Counted from the stretch's first letter, positions 45,026-55,351 are shown. The stretch: DNA of 64,000 nucleotides from a virus (IMGVR_UViG_3300042260_000337); one strand, 5' to 3'. Notes: generated by a model not told the origin, from the letters alone. Numbers and translations: made by a program.

Positions 45026-47231
45026 ATGTCAATCCTTCCTCATTCACTGAAACATTTACTGTTCCGCCATTGACAAGCCGACCAAACAAAATCTCTTTTG
45101 AGATTGGCTTCTTGATGCTGTCATGAACAACCCGCTGTAGAGGACGTGCGCCCATGTTTGGCTGATATCCCTTATCGCAAACCCAAGACCTTGCTTCGTC
45201 ACTGAGCACAATTTTGATATTCTTTTCTTCAAGCATGGTGTTTAGTTCTTTTACTGCCTTGTCAACAATCATTAGAATATGGTCTTTGTCCAGATTTTTG
45301 AACTCAACCACTGCATCAAGGCGGTTACGAAACTCAGGAGAGAAGAACTTCTCAATCGCAATCTTACTTGCATCATCGTTGCTGTTGCTAAATCCAATCG
45401 CTTGCTTTGAGCGTTGTGCAGCACCAAGGTTAGAAGTCATAATAAGAATGACGTTACTGAAATCAGCAGTCTTACCAGTTGAAGAAGTCAACTTGCCATC
45501 ATCCATAACTTGAAGAAGAAGGTTCATAACACTTGGATGTGCCTTTTCAACTTCGTCAAGAAGAACAATGCAGTTTGGAGTTTCTTCAACTTCATTGATG
45601 AGTTTACCAGAACCAACTCCACCTTCAGCATGTCCGACATAACCAGGAGGTGCGCCAATCAGTTTTGATACTGAATGGGATTCCATATATTCTGACATGT
45701 CATACTTACGCAGCTTGACATTCAGGTTGTCAGCAAGTTGACGACATACTTCTGTCTTACCAGTTCCAGTTGGTCCAACAAACAGGAACGAACCGACTGG
45801 TTTATTTCGTGGTCGCATACCAGCTTTAGCAACAAAGATTGCATCGGTCAATTGTTGAACTGCCGTATCTTGTCCAAAGATTTTTGACTTGATATTATCT
45901 TCTAGCTTTTCGTAATTGGTGTTCTGTTTTGCATCAATCATATCAAGAGAGATATTCGCAATTTTTGAAATTGCTTTGCGAATTTCATCATCGGTGATAC
46001 GGTCAGTAGTCTTATGCAGCTTTGCTTGTGCGCCCGCTACGTCAATAACGTCAATAGCACGGTCTGGGTTGAACCTGTTGAAGATGTATCGTTCTGCCAA
46101 GTCAACGGCTAAGTCAAGAGCACTATCATCATACGATACATTATGAAATGCCTCGTAGTATTCGCGCAACCCACGAAGGATTAGCTTAGTGTCGGCATTG
46201 CTTGGTTGGTCAATATTCAGACGCTGGAAACGGCGCTGTAGAGCACGATCCTTTTCAAAGTTCTCACGGTATTCTTCACTGGTAGTTGCACCAATACAGT
46301 GCAGCTTTCCACTTGCCAACAATGGTTTTAGAAGGTTTGCAATGTCAATGTTAGACCCGCCAGCATTACCAGCGCCCATAATCATATGGATTTCGTCAAT
46401 AAACAGAATTGCGTTGTCTTTTTTGGCAAGTTGGTCAAACACAATCTTGGCACGTTCTTCAAACTCGCCACGATATTTGGTTCCCGCAACCATTGCAGTC
46501 ACGTCAAGTGAATAGACAACCTTGTCTTCTAGGGTGTGCGGAACTGTTCCTTCCACAATCATAAGGGCAAGACCTTCTGCGATTGCAGTTTTACCAACCC
46601 CTGGTTCGCCAACAATAATGACATTGTTCTTCTTGCGACGAGCAAGAACTTCTGCAACTTCTGTAAGTTCACGAGTGCGGCCAACGATTGGGTCAATTAG
46701 ACCTTCTGATGCTTGGCGGTTTAGGTTGGTGCAGAAGTCTTCAAAGCGAATTTGTTGATTTCCACCACCTGAAGCACCCTGTGGAGATAGACCAGCCGCC
46801 GCATTGTGTTCATTTGTAATAATTTCAATTGCTTTGTTGCGGTCTGCACCATGCTTCTTCAATACGAAGTATGCATAGGAGTTCTTTTCACTCAGTAAAG
46901 AAATAAAGATATCTTTGCATACCAGTTTTGTGCTACCAGAGAAGATAGCTTGTGTCACAGCACGGTTGAATACGCGGTCAAGGGCAAGTGTTTTTCTTGG
47001 TTCATGCCCATTTGCATTTGGAATGTCATCGCGTTCACGCAAAAAGGTTTCAAGGTCTGAAACGATAGAACCAACATCTACTCGCATCTTATTGAGGAAG
47101 GCTATTACATCATCTTCTTCCAGAATTGAATAGAGAAGGTGTTCCAAAGTCACGTATTCATGTGCAAGTGCGGTCGCTTTTTGAATTGCACGTTCAATGG
47201 AAAGATTTACACGGTCAGGTTGGTTGCTCAT
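45012..47231 (-). CDS. clpA: ClpA-type Hsp100 AAA+ chaperone
   Basis: Clp N-domain HEYVTLEHLL; two Walker A (GEPGVGKT, GPTGTGKT), Walker B LFIDEIH and LLDEVEKAH; 739 aa with no ClpB M-domain. Confidence 0.92.
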   Translation of the reverse strand: MSNQPDRVNLSIERAIQKATALAHEYVTLEHLLYSILEEDDVIAFLNKMRVDVGSIVSDLETFLRERDDIPNANGHEPRKTLALDRVFNRAVTQAIFSGSTKLVCKDIFISLLSEKNSYAYFVLKKHGADRNKAIEIITNEHNAAAGLSPQGASGGGNQQIRFEDFCTNLNRQASEGLIDPIVGRTRELTEVAEVLARRKKNNVIIVGEPGVGKTAIAEGLALMIVEGTVPHTLEDKVVYSLDVTAMVAGTKYRGEFEERAKIVFDQLAKKDNAILFIDEIHMIMGAGNAGGSNIDIANLLKPLLASGKLHCIGATTSEEYRENFEKDRALQRRFQRLNIDQPSNADTKLILRGLREYYEAFHNVSYDDSALDLAVDLAERYIFNRFNPDRAIDVIDVAGAQAKLHKTTDRITDDEIRKAISKIANISLDMIDAKQNTNYEKLEDNIKSKIFGQDTAVQQLTDAIFVAKAGMRPRNKPVGSFLFVGPTGTGKTEVCRQLADNLNVKLRKYDMSEYMESHSVSKLIGAPPGYVGHAEGGVGSGKLINEVEETPNCIVLLDEVEKAHPSVMNLLLQVMDDGKLTSSTGKTADFSNVILIMTSNLGAAQRSKQAIGFSNSNDDASKIAIEKFFSPEFRNRLDAVVEFKNLDKDHILMIVDKAVKELNTMLEEKNIKIVLSDEARSWVCDKGYQPNMGARPLQRVVHDSIKKPISKEILFGRLVNGGTVNVSVNEEGLTFEYV

Positions 47232-47601
47232 TTTTGTCCTTGATTTTCACTAATAGGGTTAGGTTTGGCAAAATGTTTTCTACTTTGATGGTATCGCCAA
47301 CTCTTGTTTGATATGGAACGAATACTTCAACTTGATACTTATCAATTTCTATAAGTATGTTTTCTCCAAGATAGTCTTTCAACTCTTTGTGAGAAGTGTA
47401 TATTGTCGTTTTGAATATTTGGGAAGATGGCGGAAGATTGGATAAGGTTTCATACGCTTCAACTATCTGTCTAAACTTTTCGGTATCGCCACCAATGTCT
47501 GGGTGATATTTTTTGACAAGTTCATTGAATCGTTGTTTTAGTTCATCGGATGTGAAGTTAGTTGGTAGTTCAAATAGTTTGATTGATTCAGTCGGTGACA
47601 T
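47215..47601 (-). CDS. J-domain (DnaJ-like) protein
   Basis: ELKQRFNELVKKYHPDIGGDTEKFRQIVEAYETL with intact HPD. Confidence 0.85.
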   Translation of the reverse strand: MSPTESIKLFELPTNFTSDELKQRFNELVKKYHPDIGGDTEKFRQIVEAYETLSNLPPSSQIFKTTIYTSHKELKDYLGENILIEIDKYQVEVFVPYQTRVGDTIKVENILPNLTLLVKIKDKNEQPT

Positions 47602-47956
47602 AGTAGCGTTCATACGCAGCAATGATACTCTTTTGTTGTGAAACAAGTTCCAGAACACTTGCCATGTTCAGGCTCAATTGTTCATATCCATTTGCATCTA
47701 TTGCAAAGAGAACGACAGACTTACCATTCTTTTCCAAGTCGTTGAATACCTCATCTACGTTTTCACGAGTAACAACGATATAGTCAACAGTTTTTAGATT
47801 GAGGGTTGATATTTTTGGCAAAACCAATGCTGGCTTTGGAGTTGGAACCGCAGAGTATGTGACTGGTTCTGGCTTTGGAGAACAAGCACTAAGGACGGTA
47901 ATTGGGATTAGCAATGTCAGTGCAACTGAGATTGATTTCACTTGGTTTCGTAGCAT
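47588..47956 (-). CDS. o-spanin (Rz1-like lipoprotein)
   Basis: signal peptide with lipobox LSAC, Pro-rich linker, overlaps the i-spanin. Confidence 0.75.
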   Translation of the reverse strand: MLRNQVKSISVALTLLIPITVLSACSPKPEPVTYSAVPTPKPALVLPKISTLNLKTVDYIVVTRENVDEVFNDLEKNGKSVVLFAIDANGYEQLSLNMASVLELVSQQKSIIAAYERYYVTD

Positions 47957-48374
47957 TCAATTCTTCCTGTGTTAGTGGGCTTCCACTTTGTATTTCAAAA
48001 CATCTTAGCACATCTTGGCTTGCTTTGTCAATGATTTTTTCTACTAACTTTGGTTTTGATTGTGCTAAAAAACCAAGGTCGTGCTCACTTAGTTTTTCTT
48101 CAAGTGCTGCCACGCGGTCTGATGCAATGGAAAAATCTTTTTGGGTTTTCTCAAATTCAGTTCGAATTTCTTCTATGTTTTTTTGTAGTTCTTTTAGAGT
48201 TGCTTCGGCAGATTGTTGTGCTTGTTCTGCAAGTGCAGCATTAGTGCGATACGTCTGTATTTGATCCTGAGTGTATGTATAATACTTCCAAGCACCAAAC
48301 GATGCCAGTCCCAATACTAATGTTACGATTGAACCAACAATCAAATATTTCTTTATGTTATTAAATGCAAACAT
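47889..48374 (-). CDS. i-spanin (Rz-like)
   Basis: N-terminal TM helix followed by a coiled coil. Confidence 0.7.
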   Translation of the reverse strand: MFAFNNIKKYLIVGSIVTLVLGLASFGAWKYYTYTQDQIQTYRTNAALAEQAQQSAEATLKELQKNIEEIRTEFEKTQKDFSIASDRVAALEEKLSEHDLGFLAQSKPKLVEKIIDKASQDVLRCFEIQSGSPLTQEELNATKPSEINLSCTDIANPNYRP

Positions 48375-48592
48375 TACTTATACCTATACGTTATTCGACC
48401 TTTACTTAGATCATATGGGGTCATTTCCATTTTTACTTTGTCATACAATATCACTTTGATATTATTGGTTCTCATTTTACCAGACAAAATACCTTCAACT
48501 TCATGCCCATTGTCAAGTTTAACACGAAATCTACCATTTGGCAACACGTCAATTACTTGACCTTCAACTTCTATCGATTCTTCTTTAGCCAT
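48374..48592 (-). CDS. infA: translation initiation factor IF-1
   Basis: [35 protein letters not shown]....[20 protein letters not shown]. Confidence 0.95.
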   Translation of the reverse strand: MAKEESIEVEGQVIDVLPNGRFRVKLDNGHEVEGILSGKMRTNNIKVILYDKVKMEMTPYDLSKGRITYRYK

Positions 48593-48984
48593 TCTTTGAT
48601 TTGCTTCTCCGTTATTGTTACTTTGCTTCCAGAAAAGAACTGTAGGTTCCATTCTTCAACATTGCATAGCTGCCCCGCATCTAGCAATATTTCAAACACC
48701 GTTTTCATCATTTCCAAGTTATTTTTGATTTCAATGAAAACAAGGTAGAACCCCGAATCATCTGGGTTTGGAGAAACTTCGGTATCAATAACTTTAGTAG
48801 CGCCTTTTTCTATAAACCCTGCCAAGTCCTGTGCTGGTGGTTCATCAGCAACATAAAATGCAAGAACGGTAACTTCATCTGCGCCACCAGTCTTTGGTTC
48901 AAACTCAGCAATACTTACGTCCCTTTTCACTAGGGATTGCAAGTCGCCTTTTTCTACACCTTCTACAATTTTACGGCGTTTCAT
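48571..48984 (-). CDS. conserved hypothetical phage protein
   Basis: 137-aa ORF coupled to both neighbours. Confidence 0.7.
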   Translation of the reverse strand: MKRRKIVEGVEKGDLQSLVKRDVSIAEFEPKTGGADEVTVLAFYVADEPPAQDLAGFIEKGATKVIDTEVSPNPDDSGFYLVFIEIKNNLEMMKTVFEILLDAGQLCNVEEWNLQFFSGSKVTITEKQIKEWLKKNR

Positions 48985-49499
48985 TTTGAACCTCCTTGAT
49001 TTTCAATATTGGTTTCATCATCAAGTCCATCATCATATGCTTGGTTTAGTTCATCTACATCAACGGAATCACCATCCACATTGATTTTATCATCGGTGAA
49101 CTCATCAATGAAACGTCTTGGCATCCATACATCAATCAGCCAAACTTTATGCTTCTTGAGTTTTGGTCTGTTGTTCTCATCCAAATCTTCGCGAGATTTG
49201 ACATCAACGGGAACTTTCAAAATGCCTTTTTTGAACTCTACTTCGCAGCCAAGTTCCACTAAACGTCTTGCACCCTTTGGGTCTGGCATCTTCTTATATG
49301 GATACATCAGCTTTACATAAAGCCAGTAACGAGAAAGGGATGGACCTTCTATTACTTCGCCATATTTCCAGTTATCATATACATACAGCCCTTGCTTATC
49401 AAAGACATGCTCAAATTCCAATAGCATATCAAGCAAAGTTCCGTTTGCATCAATATCTCGTAGATTGTCTAAAACATCTTCATTATCTATTTCTGACAT
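48981..49499 (-). CDS. conserved hypothetical acidic phage protein
   Basis: 172-aa ORF, GGAG SD, GATAAATA at 49524-49531. Confidence 0.7.
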   Translation of the reverse strand: MSEIDNEDVLDNLRDIDANGTLLDMLLEFEHVFDKQGLYVYDNWKYGEVIEGPSLSRYWLYVKLMYPYKKMPDPKGARRLVELGCEVEFKKGILKVPVDVKSREDLDENNRPKLKKHKVWLIDVWMPRRFIDEFTDDKINVDGDSVDVDELNQAYDDGLDDETNIENQGGSK

Positions 49500-49574
49500 A
49501 CATATTCTCCGTCAATTATAATGTATTTATCCATGGTTTATAATAATAAATATTTTTACAATATGGAGAAGCCT

Positions 49575-49802
49575 ATGACTGAAAACCCAAAACTTATTAT
49601 TAGTATTGATGAAATTTACGATATGAGAGACCGCAAACGTCTTGAATTAGAATATTATACCAAACAACTGCTTGAATTACAAGAGAAAATGTCTTTCATT
49701 CGTCGCGAAATAGTATTGACTGAGACTATCATAAAGTTAGTTGAGAGTGACAAAGTGATAGATTTGATCAACAGTGACACGTTCATGCTTCCCAAAAAAT
49801 AA
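49575..49802 (+). CDS. small coiled-coil hypothetical protein
   Basis: GGAGAAG SD before MTENPK; divergent ATAAATA motif. Confidence 0.6.
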   Translation: MTENPKLIISIDEIYDMRDRKRLELEYYTKQLLELQEKMSFIRREIVLTETIIKLVESDKVIDLINSDTFMLPKK

Positions 49803-49891
49803 GGTATAATGGCAACCTTTGATTGAAAAAATGATAAGTAATAGTGAGTTAGTAAAAACTCATCTGAAAATCCCCCAACGGAGGAAAAAAT

Positions 49892-50644
49892 ATGGCACGA
49901 AAAAAGCGTGTTGAACGACAACCACAGCGAGTCAGCCATGAGACTCGTTCGTATGAATCAAATGGCGGTGTAGTTCCTCTGCACAGAAAAACAATCCCAA
50001 CAATATTGCCCAGAAATGTGGCACAAGAAGATTACCTATATCAGTTGGCCGACCCACAAAACAACATAGTTTTTGCGATTGGTCCAGCAGGAACAGGTAA
50101 GACCCTTCTTTGCACACAGATGGGCGTAAAGGCTTTTATGGAAAGAGAGGTGAAGAAGATTGTTATTACTCGTCCAGCCGTATCGGTAGACGAGCAACAT
50201 GGTTTCTTACCAGGAGACCTAAACGAAAAGATGGCTCCTTGGACAAGACCAATATTTGATATACTTGAAAAACACTTCACAGTAGATCAAATCACGATGA
50301 TGTTAGAAAATCATATCATCGAAATCGCGCCACTCGCTTATATGCGCGGTAGAACATTTGAAGACTCTTGGATTATTGCAGATGAAATGCAAAACGCTAC
50401 CAAGTCTCAAATGAAGATGCTTCTAACACGTATCGGAAATAATACTAAGATGATAGTCACCGGAGACCTAAAGCAGCATGATCGCGGATTTTCAGAGAAT
50501 GGTCTTTCCGATTTTATGGACTTGGTAAAACGATACGAAATGGCAAACCTAAAACATATTGCTATTTCCAGATTCGATATGATGGACGTTGAACGCCATC
50601 CTGCCGTAGTTGAAGTTCTAAAAATATACGGAGAAGACGACTAA
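49892..50644 (+). CDS. phoH: PhoH-like ATPase
   Basis: GPAGTGKT, ITRPAV, GFLPGDL.EKM.PW, PLAYMRGRTF, DEMQN, TGDLKQHD. Confidence 0.95.
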   Translation: MARKKRVERQPQRVSHETRSYESNGGVVPLHRKTIPTILPRNVAQEDYLYQLADPQNNIVFAIGPAGTGKTLLCTQMGVKAFMEREVKKIVITRPAVSVDEQHGFLPGDLNEKMAPWTRPIFDILEKHFTVDQITMMLENHIIEIAPLAYMRGRTFEDSWIIADEMQNATKSQMKMLLTRIGNNTKMIVTGDLKQHDRGFSENGLSDFMDLVKRYEMANLKHIAISRFDMMDVERHPAVVEVLKIYGEDD

Positions 50645-50669
50645 AAAAAGGGGGCATCAGCCCCCTTTT
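50643..50669. terminator. bidirectional terminator between convergent genes
   Basis: A tract-GGGG(G)C-ATCA-GCCCC-T tract. Confidence 0.75.
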
Positions 50670-51118
50670 TCAACTTCTTGAAGTTTTGCCATAATTTCAA
50701 GATAGAACCGATGGTATTTTTCCATACGGACAATATCCTTTTCAGTCACACCTTTCAGGCGACGAACATCAGTATTGTGGCGAAGATCGCACATCTTGAC
50801 TTTCATGGCATCAACGTTTGAGAAAACACCCTCTTTGTATTCTTCATACGTCTGGCCAGGAACTTTGGTCAACGCACGAATACCATTGATGACACGCTCA
50901 CTGATACCAGCATCACGCAAGTCTTTGTAAGTTACTTTCGTGTCTTCAATCACGTCATGACCAAGAGCGATGCACTGAAGTTCTTCGTCATTCGTTTTCA
51001 GATAATGCATCACTTTCATCGGATGCAGAATGTAAGGAGTGCCACCACGATCAAACTGCCCATCATGGGCGTTGGTGGCAATCAGAATCATCTTACTGAG
51101 CATTTCACCTTTTTTCAT
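50657..51118 (-). CDS. HD-domain hydrolase of the RelA/SpoT hydrolase (Mesh1-like) type
   Basis: A..AH.GQ.DRGG.PYILHP..V, LGHDVIEDT, KMCDLRHN. Confidence 0.8.
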   Translation of the reverse strand: MKKGEMLSKMILIATNAHDGQFDRGGTPYILHPMKVMHYLKTNDEELQCIALGHDVIEDTKVTYKDLRDAGISERVINGIRALTKVPGQTYEEYKEGVFSNVDAMKVKMCDLRHNTDVRRLKGVTEKDIVRMEKYHRFYLEIMAKLQEVEKGG

Positions 51119-51280
51119 CTTCTTCTCCTTTGTTACAGTTATATCCTATCAGCGATAGAAAGCACTGTCAACGTGTTTTTTGAAGAATCTCAGAAAGTTC
51201 AAGGATTTCCTCAATGTCATCAGCATAAAGATTCATAAACTGTTTCAAGAACTCGTTTTCTTCATCTTCAAACTCATCGT

Positions 51281-51487
51281 TTACTGCTTCGGTGTTGGGA
51301 TTTGTTCGCATGTTTTCAGCACTTCCATTACTTCTTTTGCGGGGATTGGTGATTCTACTAAGTCGCCGTTTGCGTCAATGATATACTTTATGTTGTTGTT
51401 ATAGATGGTGTCAATACTGTCCAACTTTACAAACGAGTGATCTCCGATTTGGAGCCAAAAAAAGCCAGCAATGAGGATGCAAGTCAT
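51281..51487 (-). CDS. hypothetical protein
   Basis: start moved to MTCILIAG just after the ligase stop. Confidence 0.5.
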   Translation of the reverse strand: MTCILIAGFFWLQIGDHSFVKLDSIDTIYNNNIKYIIDANGDLVESPIPAKEVMEVLKTCEQIPTPKQ

Positions 51488-51488
51488 C

Positions 51489-52616
51489 TTACATCCCCAT
51501 CCACACGGCACACTCATCCCACCGAGTGTTGGTGGTCAGGTGCTTTTCAATGTGCTTCAAGATCATTTCACGACCGTCTTTGCCGACGAAACGACCAAAC
51601 ACATACTGCGGAGCAAACGAGTCATTCTTCTGAATCGTAGGCATCCATTCTTGAGCATAACGCTTACGGTCAAGACCAGAAGCTACAACAGTGTTGTAAT
51701 ACCGATCATAACCTTCAATCAGCGCATGCAAACGTTCAGCAAACCGCTGTTCAAACTTCTCAATGCGTTCTTTCGTAGCATTGGGCAGCAGACCAACAGC
51801 ATCATCGATTTCCTCATTCAGAATGAGAGCAACGATGTTACGGTCAAACGTCACACGGTCCAAAGTCTTGTGAATACGAACATACCAGTCGTTTTTGATT
51901 TTGATCATATGACCATCAGCAAAACGAATGATGTCGCCCTCGCGGTTTTCACGCTCACGAGCCTTGGCAATGTAGTCCGACAGCGATTCGTTTACCGAAC
52001 CATAGACAGGAACCACATTGAAGGGAACATGACGATTGAACGGAACGTATTCGCCAGTCAAGTTGTCACGAATAGCCAACAGAACCAAGTCTGCGGTTTC
52101 ATACGGCAACACAATCTGATTGTCGGGAGCAACATACTCAAAGATAGGAGTTTTGTTGTCGGCAATCATGATTTCAATGAACTGAATCCGTTCTTCGTTC
52201 AGCAACTTTTCTGCATCTTCTGCAATATCAGTCACCCCCATCTTGGTGCCAAGACGGAACGAACCATTCAGGGGAACTGGACGAATCATAGAACCATCCA
52301 TCTTTTCCATGATGGTATGCGGAGCAGAAATATCAATCTCGTTGGATTGCGTTTCAGGACGTTCATTCACGTTGAAGAACTTATGAAACGGACGAGAAAT
52401 CAGTTTGCCTTCTTTGTCAAAGATCAAGCCGCGACATTCACGACGAATAGCACCACCAAGGTCTTCGGGACCATCCATGTCAAACGTGTCAATCATAGAC
52501 ACAGCATAGTTGATGACAGTGTAGTCGCCCTTGTCGGCAACGATGAACTCGTCACGGCCCTCAATATGAGGCAACACGTCATTGATAGTGCGGATTTCAG
52601 GGAACTTATATTTCAT
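51489..52616 (-). CDS. T4 Rnl1-like RNA ligase
   Basis: RECRGLIF, RPFHKFFNVNE, EKMDGS (motif I), FEYVAPDNQIVL, EGDII, KIKNDWY. Confidence 0.9.
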   Translation of the reverse strand: MKYKFPEIRTINDVLPHIEGRDEFIVADKGDYTVINYAVSMIDTFDMDGPEDLGGAIRRECRGLIFDKEGKLISRPFHKFFNVNERPETQSNEIDISAPHTIMEKMDGSMIRPVPLNGSFRLGTKMGVTDIAEDAEKLLNEERIQFIEIMIADNKTPIFEYVAPDNQIVLPYETADLVLLAIRDNLTGEYVPFNRHVPFNVVPVYGSVNESLSDYIAKARERENREGDIIRFADGHMIKIKNDWYVRIHKTLDRVTFDRNIVALILNEEIDDAVGLLPNATKERIEKFEQRFAERLHALIEGYDRYYNTVVASGLDRKRYAQEWMPTIQKNDSFAPQYVFGRFVGKDGREMILKHIEKHLTTNTRWDECAVWMGM

Positions 52617-52683
52617 GGTGGTGCCTCTCTGTCTTACTCAAGCAACATAGCATAGACACACAACAGTGTCAATATGTTTTTTC

Positions 52684-52881
52684 TTATTCGATCCAAGTTT
52701 TTGCATCAATCACAGAACCGCAAGACTTGCAGTATGTGATGTAAACAGTATATGAAAATCCTGCTTGCACTGTGATTATGTCTTTGAACTTTTCTGCAAA
52801 GACATGATTACTTTCGTTTTTGCAGCAATCGTTTATCATTGGAGTATCTGGGTTCTCCATACAGTTATTACAATCATCCAT
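52684..52881 (-). CDS. Cys-rich hypothetical protein
   Basis: CxxC...CC...CxxC. Confidence 0.5.
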   Translation of the reverse strand: MDDCNNCMENPDTPMINDCCKNESNHVFAEKFKDIITVQAGFSYTVYITYCKSCGSVIDAKTWIE

Positions 52882-52931
52882 TTTATAACTCCTTTCTTTA
52901 CCTTACAACTATATACAATTTTCAAAAAATG

Positions 52932-53459
52932 TCAAGCGGCTTTGTATTCGGCAAAGAACATTTCTTTACCTTTCGCACAAAGATGGAGAGTAGAAAACCA
53001 AGCATCAAACGACTGAATGTTTTCATTCACATTGAAGCCCACTTCGGCAAACCGTTCTGCTTTTTTCAGATATTTCCGAACCTTGGCTTCCAGCCGAACA
53101 ACGGCGTTTGATTTTTCAGCGGGCGGCGAAGGACGAAACTTTTCAGCATCCTTGGTTCCACGATTGTTATTACAAGCATAGCAAGATGCAGCAAGGTTTT
53201 CCCATTCGTTGGTTCCACCTTTTGATTTCGGAATGACATGCTCAACGGTTACGCTGTTGCGTTTACCATGAACTTCGTGCATATAGCAACCGCAGAAGCA
53301 GCATTTCCAGTTCTGTGCTTCTGCGAGACGAGTTCGAAGATAAACCCATTTTGATTGTTTGTGCGCCAACCGAGCAGTCAACGAGTCTTCATACATTTTA
53401 CGAAAATATTTCGCATCATTCGGAGTCTCGTTGATGATCGGCAGAACGTCAAACTTCAT
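52932..53459 (-). CDS. HNH endonuclease
   Basis: QNWKCCFCG...TVEHVIPKSKGGTNEWENLAASCYACNNNRG. Confidence 0.88.
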   Translation of the reverse strand: MKFDVLPIINETPNDAKYFRKMYEDSLTARLAHKQSKWVYLRTRLAEAQNWKCCFCGCYMHEVHGKRNSVTVEHVIPKSKGGTNEWENLAASCYACNNNRGTKDAEKFRPSPPAEKSNAVVRLEAKVRKYLKKAERFAEVGFNVNENIQSFDAWFSTLHLCAKGKEMFFAEYKAA

Positions 53460-53486
53460 ATCTGGTTCCTCTCTGGATACAGATTA

Positions 53487-53515
53487 TGTATACAGTGATT
53501 CGTTCCGAATGTCAA
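53487..53515 (-). promoter_or_regulatory. early sigma70 promoter with TGATTCG box (near-identical copies at 55379-55407 and 56185-56213; variants at 54686-54714, 56663-56691, 62983-63011)
   Basis: TTGACA-n7-CGAATCA-CTG-TATACATAATCTGT repeated; SD and ATG follow each intergenic copy. Confidence 0.8.
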
Positions 53516-53916
53516 CCATTGAATGCCAGATTAAATGCGGCAGTTTCCTTTTCTTCATAATCTTCGTCAGATGAAACATCAAAGCTATATCGAACCGCAG
53601 CCTTGATCTGGTCCCCAAACGCATTCACCAATCCATCGGTCCACCGATTAATGATGTCTTCCATTTGAGTTTCATCGGCTTCATAGATGCTGTAACCGTG
53701 GCGGGAACATTTGTCGTCTTGAAGTCCGTAGTAGTCATGAGTTACAGTATCGTATTCAATATCTTCTTGTAATAGTGCTACTGCGCCAGACGATTGGCCA
53801 ATATCGTCTTCTAACTCTTTGTTGCCTTCAAACACAACCATAACAAAGTTATCGGGTTCATCCTCGTTGTCACGAAAATAGTTTGTGTGGAAACTCAACT
53901 CAAACATATAGCGCAT
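53512..53916 (-). CDS. hypothetical acidic protein
   Basis: start MRYMFEL with AGGAG SD. Confidence 0.65.
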   Translation of the reverse strand: MRYMFELSFHTNYFRDNEDEPDNFVMVVFEGNKELEDDIGQSSGAVALLQEDIEYDTVTHDYYGLQDDKCSRHGYSIYEADETQMEDIINRWTDGLVNAFGDQIKAAVRYSFDVSSDEDYEEKETAAFNLAFNG

Positions 53917-53938
53917 GGTAGTATCTCCTGTTGTGTAA

Positions 53939-54220
53939 TCAGTTTTGCTTTGACGCAGCATCAAGCAGCGCCATCATTGTTTCGCCCATAAACCTTTGAC
54001 TATCGGCAAGGTCAAGGTTGATCAGTTCAGCGTCATTGCCTTGGATTTGTTTACGGGAGTGTTCAATATCTGTGGCTAGGACTTCTAGGTCTTCTGCGAG
54101 AGTGGGATGCAGATAAGAAACCGCACGAGCAATAGATTGAAGTTCAAATACCGCACTCTGAATACGGCGGTGAGAGGCGGAAGTATCCCGCCACAGTGCT
54201 TCGCGTTTCGCATCCATCAT
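53939..54220 (-). CDS. hypothetical protein
   Basis: 93-aa ORF, coupled start. Confidence 0.6.
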   Translation of the reverse strand: MMDAKREALWRDTSASHRRIQSAVFELQSIARAVSYLHPTLAEDLEVLATDIEHSRKQIQGNDAELINLDLADSQRFMGETMMALLDAASKQN

Positions 54221-54378
54221 TCCGCAACCTCTCGCTCTACAACCTCATCACCGTCTTCAAGGTATTCATCACCCATATATTCAGAATACGAGCGATACTT
54301 TTTGTTGAAAACGACTTTCATTTTTCTGACTACAACTTCAACGTAGCCATGGTCAGACGAGGGGACTAAAACTTTCAT
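54217..54378 (-). CDS. 53-aa hypothetical protein (MKVLVPSSDHGY...)
   Basis: fills the gap with TGATG couplings at both ends; below the track cut-off. Confidence 0.55.
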   Translation of the reverse strand: MKVLVPSSDHGYVEVVVRKMKVVFNKKYRSYSEYMGDEYLEDGDEVVEREVAE

Positions 54379-54659
54379 CACAGGGGTCCGTACATAAGTT
54401 CGTTACGGGCTTTTTCCCAATCAAATTCTTCAATCGCACGTTCACCAGCGATGGGAGAATATTTACCCCAAGTAAATACGTAGTAGACTTTCACGTATTC
54501 CTCAAGACCTTTCATCTTGGAACGATCACTGGCCCAACCAACCGCACGAGTCACATCGGTAGTGCTACCAAACACACCATCATAGTCCATCACGACATAA
54601 CCAACGAAGTCGGTGGTTTCAGCGATGTTGAGGATTTCACGAGGGAAGGTCATTGGCAT
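54378..54659 (-). CDS. hypothetical early protein
   Basis: AAGGAG SD, promoter upstream. Confidence 0.65.
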   Translation of the reverse strand: MPMTFPREILNIAETTDFVGYVVMDYDGVFGSTTDVTRAVGWASDRSKMKGLEEYVKVYYVFTWGKYSPIAGERAIEEFDWEKARNELMYGPL

Positions 54660-54710
54660 ATCTCCTTGTTGCCGATTACATAGTATGTGTATCTGATTCG
54701 CGGGCGTTTG

Positions 54711-54989
54711 TCAAGCAGAATATAGAAAAGATTCCAGAGGAATGTATACGCGACCTGGGATTTCCATTCGCTTCACGCATTCCTCTTGTTCTTCTGTTTC
54801 GGGAGCAAACACCAGACTATCAATCATAAAATAACCAGCAGCGCCATCCCAGACGCCACGAAACATCAACCCATTTTTGGCTTTCATAATCAGCAATGGC
54901 TGATCTTCGTCGTCTGTTTTCGGAAACTCCGAAATAGGACGCATATAGTCCAGATAGTTTATACTCACTTCGTCCATTTCGTCTCTCAA
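54711..54989 (-). CDS. hypothetical protein
   Basis: 92-aa ORF, coupled start. Confidence 0.6.
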   Translation of the reverse strand: MRDEMDEVSINYLDYMRPISEFPKTDDEDQPLLIMKAKNGLMFRGVWDGAAGYFMIDSLVFAPETEEQEECVKRMEIPGRVYIPLESFLYSA

Positions 54990-55351
54990 TACATCAGGTA
55001 GGTTACAGCTTTGATGTTCGTTTCAGCTTCACCGATTTCAACTGCAACTTTCTTTGCTTCTTCAACCGCTTCAATGAAGGTAAGAGCATGGACCTTATAA
55101 GGAGTCATACGGCCAACAAACTTGACTTCCCAAACAGACTTGGGGACAACGGGTTCTGCTTTTGCTTCTTTGACTTCATGCAGAACACTCACGTTCCGAC
55201 GACCCATGCGGTCCCATGTGTGCGGCATATCGGCTTCAATTGTAGCACAGAACTTGTCAAATGCTTCTTCTGGGGTAGTAGCTTCAACTTCGAGTTCGAC
55301 CGACATACCGCCAATAGGGCCATATTCACCGACGACAAGATACTTGGTCAT
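54986..55351 (-). CDS. hypothetical early protein
   Basis: AAGGAG SD, promoter upstream. Confidence 0.65.
   Translation of the reverse strand: MTKYLVVGEYGPIGGMSVELEVEATTPEEAFDKFCATIEADMPHTWDRMGRRNVSVLHEVKEAKAEPVVPKSVWEVKFVGRMTPYKVHALTFIEAVEEAKKVAVEIGEAETNIKAVTYLMY

Noticed and set aside
51471-52655. 394-aa plus-strand ORF (also 12964..13743, 21721..22293, 55122..55757 and other antisense ORFs)
   Set aside because: They are shadow frames opposite recognisable minus-strand genes, with no SD or motifs
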